Assembly: GCA_002269645.1 (NCBI GenBank)
Contig: NIVC01002000.1
Span: forward strand, 1-57,802
Source: Macrostomum lignano
Taxonomy: Eukaryota
Direction: 5' to 3'
Length of the DNA stretch: 57,802 nt
Each line of letters begins with the position of its first letter. Within the stretch, counting starts at the first letter, position 1. Below the pieces are notes generated by a model that did no database searches, was not told the origin of the DNA, and saw only the letters and a list, made by a program, of their open reading frames with translations. Shown piece after piece: positions 12,086 through 23,608 of the stretch. A program made the position numbers and the translations under genes.

Positions 12086-12345
12086 CTCCAGCCGCTGGTC
12101 TCAACCACCTCCGAGCTGCTGCTGTATTCGGACGGTGAAGACGAGGACGAAGAGGTCTCGGACACGTGAGTCTCTGTCACCGTGACCGGCCCGTCACCGG
12201 TGTTGACTGTGTAGGTCTTCGTCTCGCGCTTGGCCGTCGCGGTGGGCGCCAACGCCACTATCAGGAGGAGGACTGCCGTCGCATACAGCGGCTGAGGGAG
12301 TGGCCGAGACAACAGCTTTGAGCTTTGAGTCCTTGAGTTCGATTC
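12086..12345 (-). CDS. First visible coding exon: signal-peptide-like segment (YATAVLLLIVALAPTATA|KRE) plus Ser/Thr/Glu linker; no in-frame ATG
   Basis: tggag|gtaagat donor, phase 2, joins exon 2 in frame; hydrophobic h-region with A-x-A cleavage motif. The 5' boundary (ctag|gaa at 12346) is tentative. Confidence 0.7.
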
Positions 12346-12354
12346 CTAGCTGGC

Positions 12355-13163
12355 TCCCAATATCTCTGAGGTTGGCGCTCCCCATATCTGAGGTTGGCGC
12401 TCCCATATCTCTGAGGCTCCCATATCTCTGAGCGCCCCATATCTCTGAGGTTGGCGCTCCCCATATCTCTGAGGTTGGCGCTCCCCATATCTCTGAGGCT
12501 GGCGCCCCCATATCTCTGAGGCTGGCGCCCCCATATCTCTGAGGTTGGCGCCCCATATCTCTGAGGTTGGCGCTCCCCATATCTCTGAGGTTGGCGCTCC
12601 CATATCTCTGAGGTTGGCGCTCCCCATATCTCTGAGGTTGGCGCCCCATATCTCTGAGGCTGGCGCCCCCATATCTCTGAGGCTGGCGCCCTCATATCTC
12701 TGAGGTTGGCGCTCCCATATCTCTGAGGTTGGCGCTCCCATATCTCTGAGGTTGGCGCTCCCATATCTCTGAGGTTGGCGCTCCCATATCTCTGAGGTTG
12801 GCGCTCCCCATATCTCTGAGGTTGGCGCTCCCATATCTCTGAGGCTGGCGCCCCATATCTCTGAGGTTGGCGCCCCATATCTCTGAGGTTGGCGCCCCAT
12901 ATCTCTGAGGTTGGCGCCCATATCTCTGAGGTTGGCGCTCCCATATCTCTGAGGTTGGCGCCCCATATCTCTGAGGTTGGCGCTCCCATATCTCTGAGGT
13001 TGGCGCTCCCATATCTCTGAGGTTGGCACCCCCATATCTCTGAGGTTTGTGCGCCCATATCTCTGAGGCTGGCGCCCCCATATCTCTGAGGTTGGCGCGC
13101 CCATATCTCTGAGGCTGGCGCCCCCATATCCCTGAGGCTGGCGCCCCCATATCTCTGAGGTTG
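12355..13163. repeat. Minisatellite, ~22-24-bp unit ccatatctctgaggttggcgctc(c)
   Basis: Direct inspection; explains overlapping repetitive ORFs 12194-13226. Confidence 0.95.
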
Positions 13164-14757
13164 ACAGTCCCATGTATCTGAATTTTGAATTTTTCTGAGG
13201 CTCGCGCCACTATATACCCAATGCATTAATAAATGATATAGGTTAATTAAGCAATCTCCTCCCAGATAATGCCACCGACTAAGCCACTCTAAATGATACT
13301 GAATTCAGTCAGCAGGCGGTACTGTTATATTGGACTCAGGCTGCAGGTGTTAGGGTACAAGTTGGCTACAATTTCAAAGCTAGAGACCGCATCTAGAAGT
13401 GTCTCCGTGTCGTCCTCTGTGCTCGAACTCAAAGAGAAGTAGCCATGTGGTTCGGGTTGATGGGAAATGAAGGGAGCATGAAGTATGGGGCAGATTCCAT
13501 GAGATCCCCTTTGACTCACAGCGATGCCGCCCAGCCTCATGACGTTGCAATAAAGCAGGGAGCAGTGAAAATCTTCTCTTTGTCAAAAATTATAGTTATT
13601 TGCTTGAACCGAAAACAGACTGAGAGAAGGTCATGTCGACTCGCTGCTTAGAGCTAGCCTTTATTTATGCAGCAATGAAAACAATGATAGGTAGGGTGAG
13701 ACCACGGCAACCATGCAGCCACTGCGGGGGGATCGGCACGGGTCCCTCGAATCGGGTGAGTCTCGCACGGGGTCCATCAGAAACGTGCAGCAGCGATAAG
13801 AGCCGCCAGGCTATGCAATAGGCCAGTCTCTATTCTATTGTGCTAGAATGCTGTCTAAATCTTATTGCCTCTGTAAACCCCTGCTGCATCGCATCTGGAC
13901 AATAAGAGCCCCCCCCTCCCACTCAGCAAGTGGTCCCGAGCGCACACGTGAGGCTCGAGTCACGTTTTTTCTTCCAGCAGATACAGCTAGACAGAATGAA
14001 AAGAAAAATAATGCATACACACTGGTGAGTAGCTGGATCGCAGACGGTAGGGTAGAGACTGAAACTACAATGTTTATAGAGATCCGAGTAGCAATACATT
14101 CTGGAATTTTCTGCGCTGTAAACAACTTTTGTAAAGGACAACTGAATTCGGGCAGAACTGCAGGCTTCAGAAGCAGAGTGAAAGAAAGGGTTCGATGGAG
14201 GGAGAGAGGAATAGGAGACAGGAGAGAGAGACGGAGATGGAGAGACTGGAAGTGGCCCTCCGTTCTGAGCAACACACACGGATACGTTATTTGCTGACTG
14301 GCGATCATTGTTACTTGGATTCGCCCTGCACACTTATTTTCAACTTTGTTTTTTATGCACCTACATGAGGTCTCTCATATACATTTGATATACAGCTACT
14401 AATTTCGTCTTCTCTTCTCGCTCTCGACATCACGAGCCAACTGACATCGCTTCCCGACTTCAATAGTTTGCTCTTTTCTTTGAAATTGCTAAATTTACAT
14501 GAATAAATCGTTTTTATAAAAATGAAACGGGGCCTTCAAATCCATTTTTTCTGAATTTTTCAACATCCTTTTACTACCAGTGGTCCTTTGATGGACCTGC
14601 AAGCGCTCATGTTATGCTCAAACAGGGTGTACAACAACGGCACTGACTTTCCCAATCGTCTGGCATGAACACTCTCTGCGCCTTGGGGTTGGCCCTCATG
14701 GCTGCAGTGAATCGCACGAGACACCCGGCCAATTATCGTGCTCCCAAGCCCCATATA

Positions 14758-16036
14758 CAGGGGCGTCGCCACCGGGGGGACAGGGGGAATGCCCCCCCCC
14801 CCCCAGTAAAAGCTATGGGGGACGCATGCCATGCTTGACCCACCCCACCTTGTGACTGACCCGTTGTGAAAATCAGAAATTTTGCTTCAGGATGCCAAAA
14901 TGCCTTAGGCGCCAAAATTGTGTCTGCAGCGCCAAAATGAGTGTCTGCAGCGCTAAAATGAGTGTCTGCAGCGCTAAAATGAGTGTCTGCAGCGCCAAAA
15001 TGAGTGTCTGCAGCGCCAAAATGAGTGTCTGCAGCGCCAAAATTGTGTCTGCAGCGCCAAAATGAGTGTCTTCAGCGCCAAAATTAGTGTCTTCAGCGCC
15101 AAAATGAGTGCCTGCAGCGCCAAAATGAGTGTCTGCAGCGCCAAAATGAGTGTTTGCAGCGCCAAAATGAGTGCCTGCAACGCCAAAATGAGTGCCTGCA
15201 GCGCCAAAATGAGTGTCTGCGGCAACAAAACGAGTGTCTGCAGCGCCAAAATGAGTGCCTGCAGCGCCAAAATGAGTGTCTGCAGCGCCAAAATGAGTGT
15301 CTGCAGCGCCAAAATGAGTGTCTGCAGCGCTAAAATGAGTGTCTGCAGCGCTAAAATGAGTGTCTGCAGCGCCAAAATGAGTGTCTGCAGCGCCAAAATG
15401 AGTGTCTGCAGCGCCAAAATTGTGTCTGCAGCGCTAAAATGAGTGTCTTCAGCGCCAAAATTAGTGTCTTCAGCGCCAAAATGAGTGCCTGCAGCGCCAA
15501 AATGAGTGTCTGCAGCGCCAAAATGAGTGTTTGCAGCGCCAAAATGAGTGCCTGCAACGCCAAAATGAGTGCCTGCAGCGCCAAAATGAGTGTCTGCGGC
15601 GACAAAACGAGTGTCTGCAGCGCCAAAATGAGTGCCTGCAGCGCCAAAATGAGTGTCTGCAGCGCCAAAATGAGTGTCTGCAGCGCCAAAATGAGTGTCT
15701 GCAGCGCCAAAATGAGTGCATGCAGCGCCAAAATGAGTGCCTGCAGCGCCAAAATGAGTGCCTGCAGCGCCAAAATGAGTGTCTGCAGCGCCAAAATTGT
15801 GTCTGCAGCGCCAAAATGAGTGTTTGCAGCGCCAAAATGAGTGCTTGCAGCGCCAAAATGAGTGCCTGCAGGGCCAAAATGAGTGCCTGCAGCGCCAAAA
15901 TGAGTGTCTGCGGCGACAAAACGAGTGATAACACCGGTCAGGAATTATATTGTACATATAATAATTTATTCATGTTATGCAGAATTCTTGACTTTGTCCC
16001 CCCCCCCCTACGGTAAAATCCATGGCGACGCCCCTG
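14758..16036. mobile_element. Non-autonomous hAT-type element carrying a 21-bp minisatellite
   Basis: TIRs caggggcgtcgcca...tggcgacgcccctg; 8-bp TSD cccatata/cccatatg (7/8 match). Confidence 0.85.
14909..15927. repeat. Minisatellite, 21-bp unit gtgtctgcagcgccaaaatga, with ~377-bp higher-order period
   Basis: Direct inspection; ORFs 15062 and 15439 are offset copies. Confidence 0.95.
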
Positions 16037-16537
16037 CCCATATGAATGTGGTCGCGCACAAAATCGAACCAGGGACTCCAGGTTCTCGACCCCTCCAGGC
16101 CGTTTATTATTTCCGAGTGGTCGCCATGGGGCTTTGGTAGCAATTCTCTCAATATATGCTCGTATACCCGGAAATTTATTACACTCGCTCAGGACCGTAG
16201 GACTTCAACAATCATTCGAAATCTGATACGATATGAAGCTCTGTAGTTCCAACTACCAGTACGAGCTAATAAATCATCTCAGTCAGCAAAAATATCAATC
16301 AGCCAACAGACCCCTTATCAATCGAGTTTAAGCCGAAACGTGTCAACATTTTGAAGTCCTGTAAACACTACACAGTTATCAACCTGTCATGCCAGCCATG
16401 CAATCCCAGAGCTGGCAGGAATATCAACTGCAAAGTTTATTACTGTTTGGAAGTTGGTGCAGAGTTGACCATCTATGCGACCCAAATTAATCTAATACAT
16501 GTACACATGTAGTTGTCACAGAGCTGCGGCTTATCAC

Positions 16538-18055
16538 GTGAACTGGGGTCACTGGGCTATGGTTCACTATGTAATTGAACTGGAGTCATTGGGCCTGATT
16601 CACTACATGTATGTGAACAGGGGTCATTGGGCCTGATTCACTACATGTATGTGAACAGGGGTCATTGGGCTATGATTTACTACATGTATGTGAACAGGGG
16701 TCATTGGGCTATGGTTCACTACATGTATGTGAACAGGGGTCATTGGGCCTGATTCACTACATGTATGTGAACAGGGGTCATTGGGCTATGGTTCACTACA
16801 TGTATGTGAACAGGGGTCATTGGGCTATGATTCACTACATGTATGTGAACAGGGGTCATTGGGCTATGGTTCACTACATGTATGTGAACAGGGGTCATTG
16901 GGCCTGATTCACTACATGTATGTGAACAGGGGTCATTGGGCTATGGTTCACTACATGTATGTGAACAGGGGTCATTGGGCTATGGTTCACTACATGTATG
17001 TGAACAGGGGTCATTGGGCCTGATTCACTACATGTATGTGAACAGGGGTCATTGGGCCTGATTCACTACATGTATGTGAACAGGGGTCATTGGGCTATGG
17101 TTCACTACATGTATGTGAACAGGGGTCATTGGGCTATGGTTCACTACATGTATGTGAACAGGGGTCAGGCTATGGTTCACTACATGTATGTGAACAGGGG
17201 TCATTGGGCCTGATTCACTACATGTATGTGAACAGGGGTCATTGGGCCTGATTCACTACATGTATGTGAACAGGGGTCATTGGGCTATGATTCACTACAT
17301 GTATGTGAACTAGAGTCATTGGGCCTGATTCACTACATGTATGTGAACAGGGGTCATTGGGCCTGATTCACTACATGTATGTGAACAGGGGTCATTGGGC
17401 TATGGTTCACTACATGTATGTGAACAGGGGTCATTGGGCTATGGTTCACTACATGTATGTGAACAGGGGTCATTGGGCCTGATTCACTACATGTATGTGA
17501 ACAGGGGTCATTGGGCCTGATTCACTACATGTATGTGAACAGGGGTCATTGGGCCTGATTCACTACATGTATGTGAACAGGGGTCATTGGGCTATGGTTC
17601 ACTACATGTATGTGAACAGGGGTCATTGGGCTATGGTTCACTACATGTATGTGAACAGGGGTCATTGGGCCTGATTCACTACATGTATGTGAACAGGGGT
17701 CATTGGGCTATGATTCACTACATGTATGTGAACAGGGGTCATTGGGCTATGGTTCACTACATGTATGTGAACAGGGGTCATTGGGCCTGATTCACTACAT
17801 GTATGTGAACAGGGGTCATTGGGCTATGATTCACTACATGTATGTGAACTAGAGTCATTGGGCCTGATTCACTACATGTATGTGAACAGGGGTCATTGGG
17901 CTATGGTTCACTACATGTATGTGAACAGGGTCATTGGGCTATGGTTGACTACATGTATGTGAACAGGGGTCATTGGGCTATGGTTGACTACATGTATGTG
18001 AACAGGGGTCATTGGGCTATGATTCACTATATGTATGTGAACTGGGGTCACTGGG
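16538..18055. repeat. Minisatellite, mixed 38/39-bp units ggggtcattgggc(tatgg|ctga)ttcactacatgtatgtgaaca
   Basis: Direct inspection; internal hairpin gttcac-tacatgtat-gtgaac. Confidence 0.95.
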
Positions 18056-19581
18056 TGTAAATGTGCTATTTCAACTGAAAAAACGTAGGCAAAAACAGGC
18101 ACAAGCATGTTTAATGGAGTTGCTAACGCGCTTTGTTTTCCAACACTGTCACAAAATATTTATAGAATTGGTATTATGATTATTATTAATTATTATTATT
18201 GATAACGTGGACAGCAAAAATTGCAAAGCGAATCGACAGATAATTTTAATTAAGCTTAGCTAATTATCAATTAAAAAACAGGATGCGGGAAAGCTTAACA
18301 AATACCGGTTATAGTTCTGTAGTTTAGGAAAATAATAAAAATACTATGGAGGATGCAATAAATAATTAATAAATATCAATACAATATTAAATGTTAATAA
18401 TAAACAACAAGAATAGCAGTTTGAAGCACTTGTCCCTTACTGGTTTATACCTGTATAGGTAGAAAAATTGCGTTCCATATGCTGCACAAAAGTCGCGCGG
18501 AAAATAAACCGGTTTTTTCATAGAAGCGAAATAATAATAAATAATAACTTACGTAATATAAACAGTAAAAAGGAAGGGGGTTATGCATTGCTGATTGTAC
18601 TGACCGGTTACCGCAATGCTCGCGGTGCAGAGATTATAGATAAAAATTCCATAGCCCGAAATAGTAGGAAAAGCGATAATTATAGCATAAAATATATTAA
18701 TAAGCTCAGACACACCAAACTGTTTTACTCTCAGACGGGTCGAGATGGCTATGATTATTATAGTGACAGCGAATATTTAAAGCCAAGTAAATGGTGAGAC
18801 AATGCTACTAATAATAAGCTATAGTAGTAGTGTGCGAGACATATAATTGAAAAATAACAGTTTAGTGCAATTAGGTTAAGCCGGCGCAAAGTATATTTGG
18901 ATAAAACCGAGGGTCGTATTGGTGATAATTATAATTACGTTTTTAATGAATTCGGGCGGCAAGCACAATGCGTGGGGTGGAGAATGGACAAAAATAGACG
19001 CGCCTGTCTACTGGGAGATCATCAGTGTCAGTAGTATTAATAGGCTATGGCAGGCCGAATTTGCTGCAAAGCGAGATTGTTACATTATAGAAATTCTAAT
19101 TTATATTGAAATTTATTATTAGTTTATTTTTAAAAAAGAATTTGGTTGAGATCAAGCCTTCTAAAATAAAAATTGACTAAATAAAACGCAAGCAATTGCT
19201 GGGGCCCCCGCTAAGGAGAGAGAATTGCAACTATTATTATGTAATTATAAAACGGAATTTTAGTTTTAAAAACAGAAATGGACGCAGGGAAAAGGCTGAA
19301 CATGTACACACGCGGTCAGATAAAAACATTACGGCTTGGATAAATAGCAACAGCAATAGACTTTTAGTCTCTAATATTACCGCTTGGTCGATAAGAAAAC
19401 AAAGATAATATAACTGGCCCATTCTCAACCATAATAAGTTAATGGTCACACTCGCGCACAATAAAATTGTTGTGTTTAATATAAACTTTATATAGTGACG
19501 AATAAAAGTTCAAGCTGATCCGCAACGGGCTAACACGAACAGTCCGAATTTCGCATTGCAATCCTAGCCAGCCTCCCCCGA

Positions 19582-19607
19582 TCACTGTTCGGCAGCCACG
19601 GTGTCGC
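19582..19607 (-). CDS. lgl: Lgl terminal coding exon (GDTVAAEQ*)
   Basis: tgtttccag|gc acceptor, phase 1 matching the previous exon; TGA at 19584-19582; AT-rich putative 3' UTR follows. Confidence 0.6.
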
Positions 19608-19736
19608 CTGGAAACAGATTAATACCACAATTGAATAAACTACTCTTAGTAGAAACAAAATGAGGAGCATTTTATTTGTTCTTTTTTGGTTTGTGTGCAC
19701 GAAAAATGGCCAAGGGGGTTGTCCTGCGATTTAGAC

Positions 19737-19878
19737 CTCCAAGGCACAGCCTACAAGGCACAGCCTACAAGGCACAGCCTCCAAGGCACAGCCTCCAAGG
19801 CACAGCCTCCAAGGCACAGCCTCCAAGGCACAGCCTCCAAGGCACAGCCTCCAAGGCACAGCCTCCAAGGCACAGGCT
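19737..19878. repeat. 14-bp minisatellite (aaggcacagcctcc) about 10 copies, in last lgl intron
   Basis: Direct inspection. Confidence 0.92.
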
Positions 19879-19902
19879 CCATTGAACCGGATTTTAACTC
19901 AC

Positions 19903-20162
19903 CAGCGGCGGCAGAGGCGTCCGGAGCCTCCTGCCCATCGTTGACAATGGCCGCTTTGATCTCGGCAGGGGACACCGCAGGGGCCTCCTCAATCTTGGCG
20001 TCCTCTTTGGCGGCCGGCTCGACAACCACCTCGACGGCGGCTGGGGCTGGCTTCTCCTCCTGCTCCTGCTGTGCCTCCTCGGCGGCGGCTTCAACAGTAA
20101 CAGCGGCTGGCTCGGATTTCTCGTCTGTGGTCTCCGGGATTGTCTCGGTTGGTGGCAGGGGA
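19903..20162 (-). CDS. lgl: Lgl penultimate exon, A/E/P-rich tail
   Basis: ttgcag|t acceptor (phase 2) matches gc|gtaagt donor at 20645; g|gtgagt donor at 19902. Confidence 0.75.
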
Positions 20163-20645
20163 CTGCAACGGAGCAGGGCGAGTTGGGTTAGCAACTTGAT
20201 ATTTAAGCGCTATTAGTGAATTAAGCGGATCTACACGCTGCCGAATCTTTTTGGTGAATACTCGTAAATAAGCGACTCTTACAGGATTAATGTGCAATTG
20301 TAAAATGGGCTATTGGGCCACTCTGGGGTAGATTTGGGGGGGGGGGTAAGAGCCAATAAATGAGGTTTGTCTTTATAAAAATACATTAAAATGCTTCAAT
20401 TTAACTTACTACTGAACTGAAGTAGCTTACACGAAAATGTACTGAGTAGCCTATCTATTTAAGGATTAATAGCCACTTTTAGGAGATTAATGGGCGCTTC
20501 TTGAGAGGATCAGAAGGCGATAATTAAGGGGATTAATAGGCGATTTTCGACAGGATTATAAGTGAGCTATTCTTAAGTCGATTCTTTAAAGATTATAGGG
20601 GATTAACAAAAAACGCACACACGAGTAGTTAGCCTTAACACTTAC

Positions 20646-23608
20646 GCGGCGGCTGCGTACTCCTTAATGTCGTCCATGGTGATGTCGGCGGCCACCTGGT
20701 GATGGCTTCGATCGGCGGCCTCGGCCTCGGGCTCCTGCTGCTGCTCGGCGCCGGCGGCGGCCGGTGTGTCGGCCTCGGCGGATTCAGCCGGACTAGCGGA
20801 GGCGGCAACAGCGGCTGCGGCCGGGCTGGCCTGCTGAGCGGGCGCCGCCTTGACCGGGCGGGCCCAATCGGGCAGGTCCAGGCCGGCCGGAGCCACGTAG
20901 CGACCGTCAGCGGCCGGGGACAGGTGGACCAGACGGACGCGGGACCGGCCGGCCACGGCCACAGCCAGAGGATTGACGGCGCCGGCGGGCTGATAGGCGA
21001 GGCTTCCAAAAGCGGCGTCGTTGCGATCAAGCTGGGCGAGGATCTTCAGCTGGGGCAGGCCCAGCACCATGAGGCGGCCGAGGCTGTCCTCAACTGCCAG
21101 GCCGGTCAGCGGCTGCTGGCTGCTGCCCGGAGCGGGTCGGAACTGGGCCAGGCCGCAGGCACGCAGCTTGGCCGGAGCTTCGGCTGGCAGGATTCGAGCC
21201 TTGCACCTTGGCCGAAGGCTGGGCAGGGAGAACAGTTTCACCTGCTGTTCGGAGGTTACTAGAAGCTGCTGCTGCTCCCCGGTGACGTGCATAGCAACCA
21301 CAGGAGCGCCGTGGCGCAGGTGCAGCTCCTTCACTAGGTTGGCCTGCTTGGATGGGGCGGCAGCAGCGGCCTCGCCAGTGGCGGCGGCAGCGTCTGTCAC
21401 GCTCACCTGGAAGGCGTACACCCGACCGGAGCGATCGCCGGCAAACAGAGCCGGAGTGCTGACACCGGCGGCTACCAGATGGGCATCGGCAATCAGCAGG
21501 CAGCGGATGCGGCCAGGACTCTCGGCGGCCAACTCCGTGGTTAGCGGCTGCTGCTTCGGCTTCTCTGGGACCGCAGCGGCGGCTTCGGGCGCTGACTCAG
21601 CTGCTGGAGTAGCCGATTCCGTCGGCTCTGCTTCGGCCGTCTTGGACTCAGTCTTAGCCTCTTCGGCCTTCTCCTCTTTCTTCTCCTCCGGCTTTTCCTC
21701 TTTCTTTTCCTCGGCTTTCTCTTCTTTTTTCTCTTTCTTATCTTTCTTGTCCTTTTTCTCTTTCTCTTTCTTTTCCTTCTCTTTCTTCTCTTTCTTTTTT
21801 TCCGCAGGGGTACCGGCTGCTGGCTCTTCGGAAGCCGCCTCCGGCTGCGTCTCGGCGGAAGTTGACGGCCCGGCGGCGGCGGCGGCCTCAGCGGCCTCCT
21901 CGGTGGTGACGGTGTACTCCTGACGCTTGCCGCCGCGTAGTTTTTTTAGCCGGCGGAAACTCTGGCGCAGGCTCTTAGTGATGGACGAGCCGGCGCTGCT
22001 GTGCGATGGAGCGGCGGCAGCCGAGCCGCTGCCCTTGGCCGGGGTGGCCGGCGGAGCGGCGGCGGCGCCAGTCTGGCTGGCGACGGCCAGAGTGCAGTGG
22101 GTTGTCAAGCAGCGATTAGCGCCGGTGTCGATAAGCGCCAATCCGAAGCCGGTGCCAACAGCGGCCAGGCCGCGGCCAACGTCCAGCGTTAGCGAGCAGA
22201 TTCGGTCAGGCGGGAAGGCCGAAATAATGCTGGCCGGCTCGAACAGACGGCCGGCAGGCGGTTGCCAGGGCTCCTCGCGGACGCGCAACGGCGCCTGACC
22301 CTCCCAGGCGTAGGGGCTGTCCTTGCCCGGCGACACAATGTCCGCGTTCACGGTGCGCACGTCAACTTCCACCGGGCGGCGGCGGCACCGGCAGCGGCAA
22401 GGCGCCACAGCGTAGCCTGACCAGCGGCGCCGCCAACAAGCAGGCAATCGCTGGCCAGGTCTATGACAGTCACAGCGAACCGATCGTCTACCATCTCCGA
22501 GCGTCGCCAGCGTTGTCCAACAGCGCGGAATGGCGGAAATCCACCGGCGTCGGTCGGCTCGGCAGCTTCGGCAGCCGGGCGTCGGAGAACACGTCGGCAG
22601 TGTTGAGAGTGTACAGCAGAGCGGCCGAGGTGCCGGAGCCGGTTTGGCCAATCTGCCAGAAGGCTACGGAGCCGTCGCTGTGCCCGGTGACCAGCAGGTC
22701 CCAGATGGCCTGCTTCGCTTCGCTGTCGCCGCCAGCAGACGTGGTGGCCTCCTGATTAGCGGCAGCCGGCTCAGTGGCTGGTGGCTTCTCCGACTCCTCG
22801 GCGGCTGGGCGCACCAGCGTTTTGCCGCCGTTGATTGGCCAAGCGCGAGTTGAATAGCCGGAGCTGCTGCTATTAGAAGCGGCGGCCAACAAAGCGGCCC
22901 GGATCTGCTCTGTGCCGGCAGTCTCGGTGCCGTAGATTCGAGCGGCCGTGATTGGGGCACCAGTGGCACTAACTGCCGAAAGATAAGGCAGCCGGAACTC
23001 CGGCCACTGGGCACCGTACAGGTCCAAGGCCACCAGCTGGGACTCGCACAGCACTAGCAGAGTGTGTGGCTCGTCATAGCCAGCCTGGCCAGTATTGCCA
23101 TCGCCTGGCGAGCACAGCAGCGCCAAGTCGACAACTGGCGAGCACAGGTCCAAGCAGACGTGCTCTGCTCGCGAAGCAGAGTGACGGTGTGCCGATCGGC
23201 GTGAGTGTTCTTAGCCATGCCGCCGGCTAGCACGGTGATGCTGCCTAGTTTAGCGGTGCGGTGCACCAGGTGCGTGACTGGCAGGCAGGGAACGGGCCAT
23301 AGACAGTCTGCGGATTGTCGGCAGTTTTCAATAGGCGACTAGCCTCGGCCGGCTCGTCGGCCCGCCAAACGGCGTAGCTACCGTCCGAGTGGCCCGTGTA
23401 GATGGCGCTGGCGTCGGTTTGCCAGCTCAGGCAGCGCAGCTCGGCGGCGCCGGGAGCCACACTGTGCAGGCTGCAATCGGAGCTATTCAGCACGGCCACT
23501 GTGCCGGAGCTGAAGCCGACGGCGATCTGCTTGCCGGTGGTCGGGCTGGCCTCGATAGCCACAACGGAGCCCCAGCCGTGCAGCTGGCTGCGGGCCTCTT
23601 CGGTTAGG
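20646..23608 (-). CDS. lgl: Lethal(2) giant larvae large exon (WD40/LLGL domain, aPKC-site polybasic motif); four apparent 1-nt deletions
   Basis: VYGPFPC, GGMAKNTHADRHTVTL, DEPHTLLVLCESQLVALDL, WDLLVTGHSDGSVAFW, YAWEGQAPL and SITKSLRQSFRRLKK match the Lgl family rather than tomosyn. Frame breaks at ~23287, 23165, 22495 and 22375. Confidence 0.92.

Noticed and set aside
13630-14335. Overlapping ORFs 13848-14333 or a possible solo LTR
   Set aside because: No domain, no TG..CA/TSD pair or second copy identified.
9187-18055. Tandem arrays as CRISPR arrays, or repetitive ORFs (QGQVPGSEW, RQPQRYG, LALQTLI, CSAKMS, HYMYVNRG) as proteins
   Set aside because: Eukaryotic context, no unique spacers, no cas genes; the ORFs are read-throughs of stop-free minisatellites in several frames.
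20699-22860. Plus-strand ORFs antisense to lgl
   Set aside because: Shadow ORFs of GC-rich coding sequence.
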